From Podarcis filfolensis (taxonomy: Eukaryota): DNA of 64,000 nucleotides. This document shows positions 34,819-45,200 of the stretch, in pieces (position 1 is the first letter of the stretch; each line of letters starts with the position of its first letter). The notes under the pieces are model-generated. The model was not told where the DNA came from. It did no database searches and saw nothing but the letters and a program-made list of their open reading frames with translations. The DNA is taken from the NCBI GenBank assembly GCA_964270895.1, contig OZ185440.1. One strand, 5' to 3'. Position numbers and translations under genes: made by a program.

Positions 34819-36229
34819 ATGGCAGCTGATAAAGCCCTTCAGCTAAATAATGCAGTAAGAAGAGGATCGATCGAGACTGTCCGGCAGTTGATAGAAGAAG
34901 GTAATGATATCAATTCAAAGGTGAATGATGGATGGACAGCCCTTCACAGTGCTGTACAAATGAACGAAGAGGCAATTGTTCACCTTCTGCTGGACAGAGG
35001 AGCCGATCCACTTGCTAGGAAGGACAATGGAGCTACCCCCTTTATTCTAGCAGGGATAACAGGCAATGTTGAACTTTTAAAGCTCTTCCTTCAGAAGGGG
35101 TCGGCCATCAATGAGTGTGATTTGAATGGTTTCACGGCATTCATAGAGGCTGCTGGGTATGGGCGAGAAGAGGCCCTGAGGTTTTTGTATGAGTGTGGGG
35201 CAGATGTTAACTTGCCCAGAAATGTGGCTGATGAGGATAAAAGGGCCCTGAATAAAGGTGGCAAAACAGCCCTGATGGATGCTGCCAGGTATGGTCACTG
35301 CTCTGTTGTCAAAGTCCTAGTTGAAGAATTGGGTGCTGATGTGAACATCTGCGACAACTGGGAGAGAAATGCATTGGTCCATGCTCTCTCAGTGACTAAA
35401 AAGGATCAGGCCCAAGGCAAAGAGGCAGCTGCCCTTTTCCTCTTAAAACATGGGGCTGATGTGAATAAGAGAGATGAAGTTGGGAAAACTACTTTGATCC
35501 TGGCAGCTGAAATGCAAAGCCTAGACCTGGTGAAGGCTATATTGGAAAAAGAAGTGGACGTGAACAACGCTGACAAAAACAACAAAACAGCCCTTATGGC
35601 AGCAGTGGAAATGGAAAATTATGAAATAGCGAAGACATTATGTGAAAAGGGAGCAAGAACAGACATTGGGAACTTGATAGATATGGCCAGCCTGAATTAC
35701 AACAACAGAATGATAACGCTTCTTCGCCAGTATGGAGCATTGTCTTGTCTAAGGCAGCCAGAAATACAATGGACCTCTGCTAGCAGACACTGGCAATCCA
35801 AGCTCCGAGATCTTTATGGAAAGTATCGTCCTATGATTGGAAAACTCAAGATCTTCATGGTTTCAGATTTCCGAATTCAGACAAGTTCCCACGGAGGTGT
35901 CTACCTAGGATTCTACAATGGGGAAGAGGTGGCTGTGAAGATATTCCCCACCACTGCAGAAAATGCTAAACGAGAGAAAACCTGCCTTGAGAAGTGCCGT
36001 ACCAGCAAACATCTGGTGAAGTTCTGTGGGTGGGAAGAGCAGAACTCCTGTCTCTACTTGTGTCTTTCCCTATGTGAGAAAAACCTTGAGGAATACTTCA
36101 GGACAGCAGAGACTGAGAATGGAACTATGAGAAGTAATGTTATTATTGAAACAATATTTCAGGCAGTGAAGGAACTGCACTCATTTGGATTTGGGCATCA
36201 AGATCTGCACCCAAGTAACGTTTTGATAG
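34819..36229 (+). CDS. RNASEL: RNASEL coding exon 1 (ankyrin repeats and kinase N-part)
   Basis: GWTALHSAVQ, RKDNGATPF, GFTAFIEAA, YRPMIGKLK, HQDLHPSNVLI; donor G|gtttgt. Confidence 0.95.
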
Positions 36230-36925
36230 GTTTGTGTTCTTTCTTATATGGCTGTCTGTTGAGTGGAACCCAAGCCATTACCCAAGTGTAGTTGAAAGAA
36301 TTTTATGAAAGAAATATGGAGTAGCAGGTTTTCAATTTTATGGTGTAAACCAAGGATGGGGAATCTGTGTCCTTTAAGATACTGTTGGCTAGCAAGTCCC
36401 ATAATCTCGGAACGTGGAGCTGATGGGATTTGGAGTCCAGCACTAACTGGAGCACCACAGGTTCCCTAGCAGGGAATTGGCTAGCCAATCAACTGCAAGG
36501 GGTCAGAAATTCAGATCCAACAGCAAGCATGTGAGCAGCATAGAAGAATAGTTACACACACAAGCTGAAAGAAAACAGCAGCAGATATTGGAGATTTATT
36601 ACAGGGAGTGATATGGGATTGACTCTCTGGTGACATACCAAACCCTTGGATAGTCTAAGCTGTAGTGGTCATAGTGCCCTGCATTTTCCTCTTCTAACCA
36701 GCAGCCTCACTGGTGCAAGGCACAGTCTGACCCGCTCCCTTGGTAATCCTCATAGAACACTAGCCCAATGGTTGCCATTAATTTGATCCTGAATTGATTT
36801 TAGAATGAATTGATTTTAGAATGTATTTCAATTAATTGATTGTGATTTTATGTAAACTGTGTTACTTTTATTGTTGTTAGCCACTCTGAGCCCGGCTTCG
36901 GCTGGGGAGGGCGGGATATAAATAA

Positions 36926-36973
<48 letters not shown>

Positions 36974-39900
36974 GGAAGGAGAGATTCCAGCTCAGGAATA
37001 GAATATCTGCTTTTCAGGCAAAAAGTTAATTATGTTCAACCCCCAGCATCTCCAGGCACGGTTGGGAGAGACTCCTGTGTGGCCCTGTGGAGAGCCACTG
37101 TCAATCTGAGCATAAACAATGTTGAGTGCAGAGGGACCAATGGTCTGACTAGATATAAGGTAGCTTCCTGTGATCCTAGTCTGCACTCTACTCACCCAGC
37201 TCCCAGATCAAGCCGTCTGGAAGCTGACACCACCATCCTAAATCTTGAGAATAATTTCACTACACCTTTTTACTGCTTCAGAAATGTGGCCCGCCCCTCC
37301 AATAGATCTCCATTGTTTACTTACTTATTATGCACTAATACTTCGAATATTATGATTTCTCCTCTGCATTATATCCCCTCAACAAATCTGGAACGTAGGA
37401 CTAAGCAGATGGATGGATGGTTTCAGACAGAAGTCATTCTGGTTCTACCTGGAGAACAACCTACACCAGGCACCCCCAAACTCGGCCCTCCAAAAGTTTT
37501 GGGACCAAAACTCCCACCATCCCTGACCACTGGTCCTGTTAGCTAGGGATGATGGGAGTTGTAGTCCCCAAACATCTGGAGGGCCAAGTTTGGGGGTGTC
37601 TGACCTACATATTCAGATAAAAAAATAAGTTCTGTTGGCATCTACATTAGGGTGGCAAATCTTTTTAGGATCAAAGGTTACATTGCCATGTTGTGACTTC
37701 CAGTAACTGAGCGTGGGGGGGGGGGAGTCCCTGAAGTGATATTAGTGCTTGAGGTGAATATTTATTTATCATACTTCTGTGCTGCCTCAACATCAGAAAT
37801 ATAAAAACAATACATTTCAAATAAAACGTAAAAGCTAAAAGCAGCAGAGATAAAGTGAAACTAGTCAACAATACCATAAAAATGTTCATGACACAGACAC
37901 ATCTTTGATGTTTTAAAATAAAGTGTCAAAATCTCAAAAATCCACAGAAATCAAAAGCCCCTAAAAAGCCTTGGGAAATGAAAATGTCTTCATTTGACCA
38001 TAACAGCAATACAAAGTAGGCATCAGGTGGACTCTCTGGGGAGGCCATTCTATAACTGGGTATAACAGCTGAGAAGGCCTTCTCCCTAGCAACCACCAGC
38101 TAGCTCTCATTAGGCAGGGACATGCAGAGAAGAGCCTCAGGCGCTGACATAAAGTTTCACGTAAGTTTGCATGTGAGCAGGTGAATTGGCTGCTCTTGTT
38201 GAATCTTGAAAGTTTCCAATATGTGCTCTTTCCCCACAAAGCATTCAATACACAAAGATGTGAAAACCATTCCGCTTGATTGCTTCCACTTATGTATTTA
38301 TTTATTTTGCTAGATGTCACAGGCAAGGTTTTTCTAGCAGATTTTGATAAGACCAGAAAATTAGATGATGAAAAAGATCTTACCATCACAGAAGATCTGC
38401 AGGTAAGTTGCCTCTGCAGTTGCCTCTCCAGCCTTCTATATTTGCAGAATGATTATCCCCAACCATTAAGGCAATGTATTGTGTGTTTGTGCACAATATA
38501 CTTTTATGCTTAACCATAACGTAGAGTCGGATTGAATGTTAGTCCTACTCAGAGTAGCCCCATTGAAATTAATGTATCTGGCTAACCTAAGATCGGGGAC
38601 GCGGGTGGCACTGTGGGTAAAACCTCAGCGCCTAGGACTTGCCGATCGCATGGTCGGCGGTTCAAATCCCCGCGGCGGGGTGTGCTCCTGTCGTTCAGTC
38701 CCAGCGCCTGCCAACCTAGCAGTTCGAAAGCACCCCCGGGTGCAAGTAGATAAATAGGGACCGCTTACCAGCGGGAAGGTAAACGGCGTTCCGTGTGCTG
38801 CCCTGGCTCGCCAGATGCAGCTTGTCACGCTGGCCACGTGGCCCGGAAGTGTCTGTGGACAGTGCTGGCTCCCGACCTATAGAGTGAGATGAGCGCACAA
38901 CCCTAGAGTCTGTCAAGACTGGCCCGCACGGGCAGGGGTACCTTTACCTTTACCTTTAACCTAAGATCAGTAATTCCAATGAGTTTACCCAAACTTTGCC
39001 CGGTTCAACTTGTATTTATTTATTTGATTTCTTACCAGTCCTTCACCAAAAGGTGCCAGGGTGGAGTACAACAGTTTTAAATACATTTCTGTATTATTGG
39101 AAACATTTTAAAACAAATTAAAGTCACGGGAATGTGGTAGGTCCTGAAAATGAGTATATCAGGTGTATTGTTCAAAGAACAAGAATAAATTGACATCAGT
39201 AAGAATGTTAATTGCTAGTTCTGGTCCCAGGAGTTCTTTCTGGTAACAGTGTCATTGTTTTTGTGAAATTTTTAATTTCCTGTATAACCCTGGTATAGTC
39301 GTACCTTGGAAGTCGAATGGAATCCGTTCCGGAAGTCCATCCGACTTCCAAAATGTTCAGAAACCAAAGCACAGCTTCTGATTAGCTGCAGGAAGCTCCT
39401 ATAGCCAATCAGAAGCTGCGGAAGCCCCATCGGACGTTCGGGTTCCAAAGAATGTTTGCAAACCGGAACACTCACTTCCAGGTTTGCGGCATTTGGGAGC
39501 CAAAATGTCCAAGTACCAAGGCGTTGAAGATCCAAAGTACGACTGTAGATTAGAGAATTTAATAACCTGTCAGTGCAGCCCTGCGTTTCTAAGGGCCAAA
39601 TTTGATTCCAGTCGTGGTGGTGGGAATCTGATCAGGACCATAGTGGTGAAGAACCAGTGTGTGCCGGGGAATGGTATCTAAACATTCCTCCAACATTTTT
39701 TCCCCAGGTTGAAATTACCTCCATCTGCTATTTAGTCTATAGGGCAAAACATAGAGATACTGAACAAGCTGTAGTATAATCCTATTCTCTAACATTTTAG
39801 GTAGGTTTCTACATGCAAGGGGTGTGTTTGTGTGTAGAAACATTATGTCATGTGATTGCATCACTTGCAATTTAAACTGACACAGCCCAGACACAGATTT

Positions 39901-42900
39901 TTAGCATCTCGGCAAGAACTAAGCCCAGGCACAAAGGATAAAAGTGTGATTCCAGTCTACTTGCCCAAGAATGACATTCTGTGTTGTGAAATCGTATTGC
40001 CATTTGTTCTCACATGTAGGCGCTCAGAAGTCTAGCCCTATATGTTGCTATGAGGGGGACAATCTGCTTTGAAGCCTTGCCTGCGCAGTGTCCGAAGGAT
40101 GTAGATGATTACTTTGAAATAGAAGACCTCAGAGCAAGACTGGAATCTCCTGATGAAAACATCCCAGTCACTGAGCAACTGGGACAGTTGATCTACCATC
40201 CTTATTTCTGGAGCAAGAAGGTGTAAGTACTAAATAAATACAGGAAACTTAGCAACTATCCATTCTTATCATTCTGCCTTCCTCAGTTTGATTTGCCCTG
40301 TTACTACAACAGCATGGAAGAAGAAACTTTGCAAGTAGGATTAGAATGACATTTTGGGAAAATGTTGTAATCCATTCATTTCTATTTTTTGAAATCTTAA
40401 GTTTTGCCTTCAGAATTGAAGCTCAGAATTAGATTACGCTGCTTTATATGTCTTTGTTGCTTATAGACTGTCATGTGCTTTGTCATGTTGTTTAAAATAT
40501 AATGAATGTTCAGGCTGGGTTGTTGTCCCTCATGTGAAAACCACATGGCTAATCATTAATGTAAGATAAAAATAATGCAGTCAAACCTCGGTTGTCAAAT
40601 GTAATCCATTCTGGTTACAGGTAGGTAGCCGTGTTGGTCTGCCGTAGTCGAAACAAAATAAAAAAATACCTTCCAGTAGCACCTTAGAGACCAACTAAGT
40701 TTGTTAATGGTATGAGCTTTCGTGTGCATCCGTTCTGGAAGACTGTTTGACTTCCGAAATGTTTGACAGCCAAGTTGCAGCTTCCGTTTGGTTGCAAGAG
40801 CTTTTTGCACTCAAGCAGAAGCCGCGTTTGAAGTTCAAGTTTCAAGGAACATTCGAAAACAGGAGCATTTACTTCTGGGTTTTTGGCATTAGGGAGCCGA
40901 AACGTTTGAATATGGAGCCATTCGAGAACCGAGGTTTGACTGTATATATATTTCAGTAAATAACTGCAGTGAACTTTGGATAGTGAGTTTGCTGCAGATA
41001 TGACAGCACATTGATGCAGTATTGATATTATTTGTCATTGCTAGCCATCAAATACCAAATGTTGAATATGAACTATGTGACGTGCAATTGGCACTGAAAT
41101 CCATGCACTAAGATTTAAAGGATCAATGTCTGATTCTACGCTACTATTTAGGGCTCTGAAAATCCACCCTCATGCCTAACAAAAAATCTCAAGAGACTTC
41201 AACAGGCAGAAACACACATTTCAAATTGGTTTTGCACAGCCACAATAATAATGCCACATCTGGAGAGCCACAGATTAGCCACACTGCATTAGATGGTAAT
41301 GTGTCAGGGAGAGAAAAGGCAAAATCAGAGTTTTGTTATAAAAGGCAGCTTGCAGAGCAAGGATGCCCCTTCCTTGCATATGACAGGAGTTAATGGGTGC
41401 AGTATACCTGCCCCAGGAGAACAGAGGAAGCTGCTTTATTCTAGGTCAGACTATTTGTCTATGTCTTGGTGTTGTCTGCTCTGCCTGGCTGCCACCAGGG
41501 TCTCATTGCCTGCTACTGGGTCCTTTTAACTGGCGATGGCAGGTGTTGAAGCTGGGACCAAGCGTGTGCTCTGTCCTTTCCCCGTCTCTGAGACCAGCCT
41601 TACCATATGGTCACCTTGGCTCTTTGGGTTCTTAGTAATTGCCTTTTGTTTGCCAGGAGATACAGGGTCTTAAGAGACGTTGGGAATGAGAGCGATATAA
41701 AGACACGCAACACTCGGCACCATAACAGCACTAGTGAAATTCTGAAGGCTCTGAATAGTGAGGAAGATCCTTTCAAGGACTGGACTGAAAAGGTAAGTGA
41801 TCTCTTGCAACTCCGTATGAAAGCTTCAGCCGTGTTGATTTGAACCGCCACATTTGACCTCTTTTCCTTCTGCATTGTCAGTGCCAGTGCTTCATCACTT
41901 CTCAAAGGCATGAGGGCAACTTAAGTGCAAAACAAACAGCTTAGGTCTGATTCATGTCTTTACAATATGTACACCTGGTCCTGGGCAAGTATCTGTTTGC
42001 CCCTGCAAAACCATTCCTATGTCTGTGAAATGATTTGCCGTTAGGTCAGATTTTAAACATAGCTGTACCTCGGAAGTCAAACAGAATCTGTTCCGGAAGT
42101 CCATTCAACTTCTGAAGTGCGGCTTCTGATTGGCTGCAGGAAGCTCCTGAAGCCAATCGGAAGCTGCAGAAGCCCTGCTGGACATTTGGCTTCCAAAAGA
42201 AGGTTCGAAAACTGGAACACTCACTTTTGGTTTTCGATCATTTGGGAGCTGGAATGTTCAACTCCCAAGGTGTTCGGGAGCCAAGGTATGACTGTATTGC
42301 AAAATCTGCCAAGCAATATAACTGGAAACTGTTTCAATAAATTAACCGGTATAGTATTATAATAACCAATATATGTCATACTTCATGCCATTCTGTCAAA
42401 TTTATATTTTTGCATATATTTTTGTATATTTTTGTATACTGTATATTTTTGTGACTTGGAATCTGCCAGCTTGCAGGTCTACATGGAAACTGTATTGTGA
42501 GGAGTGGGTTTCATGGACCCAGATTAATGACAGGGGACATGTGTTTTTTTCAGATTGATAAGGATGTATTGGACTGTATGGTTGGTCCCTTTAATGACAA
42601 GAAAAAGAATAAGAATAAGAAAAACAATAAAGATTATCAAAACTGTGTGACAGATTTACTGAAGCTGATCAGGAATATGGGGGAGCACTTCAGTGAGAAG
42701 GATGAGAAGTAAGTGAGAGTTGTTTTTTTCTAGATTTGCAGCTGTCCCTAGCCTTCTGCAGAGGAGTCACTGAGTGGCCATTTCTATGCAGTGTACTTCC
42801 TCTTCTGTAAACCAGTATGTGAATCCGGACTTAGATAATCACATCTTTGGAAAGGCCTCCCAGTGGTCAAGTGGAGTTTTGCACCTCAGCTACCGGCTTC

Positions 42901-43337
42901 AAGTCAAAGGGCTAAACTGAGGACTCATTCATGCTTCCTTTTGTGCTGCATTTTTTAGGCACAGGTCCGGGCTTTAAAGCGCCACGTCTGAGTGCATTTG
43001 TTTTATCCCAGCACTATGCCCAGGAAAACCCATGCTTTGATGTTGAATCAGAGCATACAGCAATAGGGTTTTCCGTGGATTGGCATTTGCTCCAATTCAG
43101 AGACCAACATTCACATTCTATTTTAAAACAATACAAATCTAAACTACTGCTTGCTTACATACTGGTATTAAAAGGATTCACATTTTCCTCTATTTCAGGG
43201 TGAAGGAAATAATCAAGGAGCCAGAAGACTATTTTCTGAAACTTTTCCCAAATTTAACAACTTATGTCTACCGGACTTTGCATAATATAAAATATGATAA
43301 ACATTTTCCGAATGCACAGAATTCTTCTCAGCTATAA
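34819..43337 (+). CDS. RNASEL: 2-5A-dependent ribonuclease L (complete, 6 coding exons, 710 aa)
   Basis: Exons 34819-36229, 38314-38402, 40020-40222, 41657-41792, 42554-42708, 43199-43337 (2133 nt, phases compatible). Ankyrin repeats, pseudokinase (EVAVK, HQDLHP, LADFD) and RNase domain (LLKLIRNMGEH). Confidence 0.96.
36922..36972. repeat. (AAT)n microsatellite forming the tail of an L2-type 3' end
   Basis: Follows GCCACTCTGAGCCC...GGGCGGGATATAAATAAA. Confidence 0.85.
38314..38402 (+). CDS. RNASEL: RNASEL coding exon 2
   Basis: gctag|AT; DVTGKVFLADFDKTRKL...EDLQ; CAG|gtaagt. Confidence 0.95.
38595..38956 (+). mobile_element. Full-length Sauria SINE
   Basis: tRNA-like head with A/B boxes (GGTGGCACTGTGG; GGTTCAAATCCC), (ACCTTT)n tail and 12-bp TSD TAACCTAAGATC at 38583-38594 and 38957-38968. 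Confidence 0.95.
39296..39545. mobile_element. Tc1/mariner-type MITE (RNASEL intron)
   Basis: TA-flanked TAGTCGTACCTTGG / CAAAGTACGACTG ends; homologous copy at 42060-42294. Confidence 0.75.
40020..40222 (+). CDS. RNASEL: RNASEL coding exon 3
   Basis: tgtag|GCG; ALRSLALYVAMRG...LIYHPYFWSKK; GT|gtaagt. Confidence 0.9.
40578..40942. mobile_element. MITE interrupted by a 113-bp Penelope-like insertion
   Basis: TIR CAGTCAAACCTCGGTT / AACCGAGGTTTGACTG. The insert 40615-40727 is flanked by near-perfect 11-bp repeats ATCCATTCTGG / ATCCGTTCTGG. Confidence 0.75.
41657..41792 (+). CDS. RNASEL: RNASEL coding exon 4
   Basis: gccag|G; RYRVLRDVGNESDIKTR...FKDWTEK; AAG|gtaagt. Confidence 0.95.
42060..42294. 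mobile_element. Tc1/mariner-type MITE, same family as 39296
   Basis: Shared GTTCCGGAAGTCC...GCTGCAGGAAGCTCCT...CCAAGGTATGACTGTA. Confidence 0.75.
42554..42708 (+). CDS. RNASEL: RNASEL coding exon 5 (catalytic RNase motif)
   Basis: ttcag|ATT; DYQNCVTDLLKLIRNMGEHF; AA|gtaagt. Confidence 0.95.
43199..43337 (+). CDS. RNASEL: RNASEL coding exon 6 (to stop)
   Basis: tttcag|G; VKEIIKEPEDYFLKLFPNLTTYVY...KHFP...QL*. Confidence 0.93.
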
Positions 43338-44867
43338 TGGGGACCAAAAGACCGAGATTCTTCATGAGAGTTCTCTTCTGTTTCAAGGTGTAAGGATAAT
43401 TAAGAGGCAAGCAACATGTCCCTCTTTTTCTGAGCCTCTTTCCAGAATTAATCATTTTCATCTTGCCAGAATTTGTGCAACACAGGGTGATATATCTTCT
43501 CCAAGTGCTCAGAACCCTTCTCAGTTGCGATGAGAATCGGCAGCAGTTGATTCATGCACGCGACTCTTCTGCCTTTTTTCAGTTTGCCCCATTCGGCTAA
43601 GATACCAGATAAAGTCAAATAAGAAAGTCAAATAAGAAAGCTGCAGCACGTGTAACATAAAGAGGCAGAAAGGAAGGTTGTGGCTGGCAGAAGGGAGCTT
43701 TAGTTGTCTATGCATTTGCGAAGCTTGTTTGCTTGAAATTGAGGCTTTCTCACCTACCAGCAAAACATCAATCCAGATGTTGTATAATTTCCTGAATTTT
43801 ATGCTCTGCAGTGGAAAGAGAAAATAAATACTTTCTATTACATTCTGCAGTTGTTTGATCTTGGATTGCTCAACAAATGCAAATGAAACTGCAGTCAAAC
43901 TACAGCAGTTCTCTTTAGTGTGCTTGCCCAGAAATGTTGCTACTTCAGATCTCCATGCATTTTCACACTGCAGAGCTGCAATAAGGCAGTCTACAACTTC
44001 AAGTTTGGTATCAACCATGTCAAATGCAACTTATGGTGGGCTAGATTCTTGGCAATATAGCTGCAACTAATGGGGCTTCCATTGCCATTGCACAAAAACA
44101 AGGTGGATGCAAAAGGCCCCCCTTGGGTCTGACACAGATCCCTGCCAAAGAAAACTACATTCTACATTCATGTTGAACTACAGAAAGGACCATGGCTGTC
44201 ATGGTGGACTTTGGAGTTTAAAATTTCAATGGCACCCTGGGCAACACCAAAATTTGCCCCTCCCTGCCTCTCATCTTCCATTGTTTTATCATTGCTGCAA
44301 CACCCCTCCACCCCTCTTGGCTCGGTGCCCAGTGCGGGCGAACCAGTCATGCTCCCCTAAATCCACTTCTGGTGGCTGGCCTAAAGCCTGTTCCAGGAAA
44401 TGAGGGGTGGCGGGGTTGGGGTATAAGTTTGATGTCTTGGCATCTTCAGAGGACTCCAATTTGCTGCCCTTCAGAATAACACTAGGTTAGCTTGATAAGT
44501 GTCTGATCTCTGTGTAATTACAAGGGCCCCTGAGATGATGGGCAGGCACCCTCCCTCCTCCCTCTGAGGGCTCTAATGGGCTTTCCTGGTGGCAACAGTG
44601 GGCTGCATCCGTGCTTGGAGACCTGGGTGGCCCTTTTAATTTCCCACAATGTAGCACAGCTGTGGGGTTGGGAATCAAAATGGCAGCTAGAAATTTAAAG
44701 GGAGGTTCATACCACACATTGTAAGTTAGGAGGCATCTGTTAGGGTTCTGGGACCCTAACAGTTGCCCAAGAATGCTGAGTCCTGGCATCTGCTCTGATG
44801 ACCTGCCTGTCCCATCTGCTCTCTACTGTGTGTTGGTCCCTCTAATAATAATATTTTTTTTAATATT

Positions 44868-45200
44868 TATATCCCGCCAATCTGGCTGGGATTCCCCAGG
44901 CACTCTGGGTGGCTCCCAACAGAGTATTAAAAACACAATAAAATAGCAAACATTAAAAACTTCCCTAAACAGGGCTGCCTTCAGATGTCTTCTAAAAGTC
45001 AGATAGTTGTTTATTTCCTTGACATCTGATGGGAGGGTGTTCCACTAGCGAGAAGGCCCTCTGCCTGGTTCCCTGTAACCTCACTTCTCACAGTGAGGGA
45101 ACCATCAGAAGGCCCTTGGAGCTGGACCTCAGTGTCCAGGTATACTGGGCTGAGGCCATTTAAGGGTTTTAAAGGTCAGGGCCAACACTTTGAATTGTTG
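44868..45200 (-). mobile_element. L2-type LINE 3' fragment
   Basis: Begins TTTATATCCCGCC, the reverse complement of the 3' end seen near 36910, followed by degenerate LINE sequence. Confidence 0.6.

Noticed and set aside
36230-36291. C-terminal 20 aa of the 490-aa ORF (GLCSFLYG...ITQV)
   Set aside because: Read-through into the intron after the donor at 36230; kinase homology continues in exon 38314.
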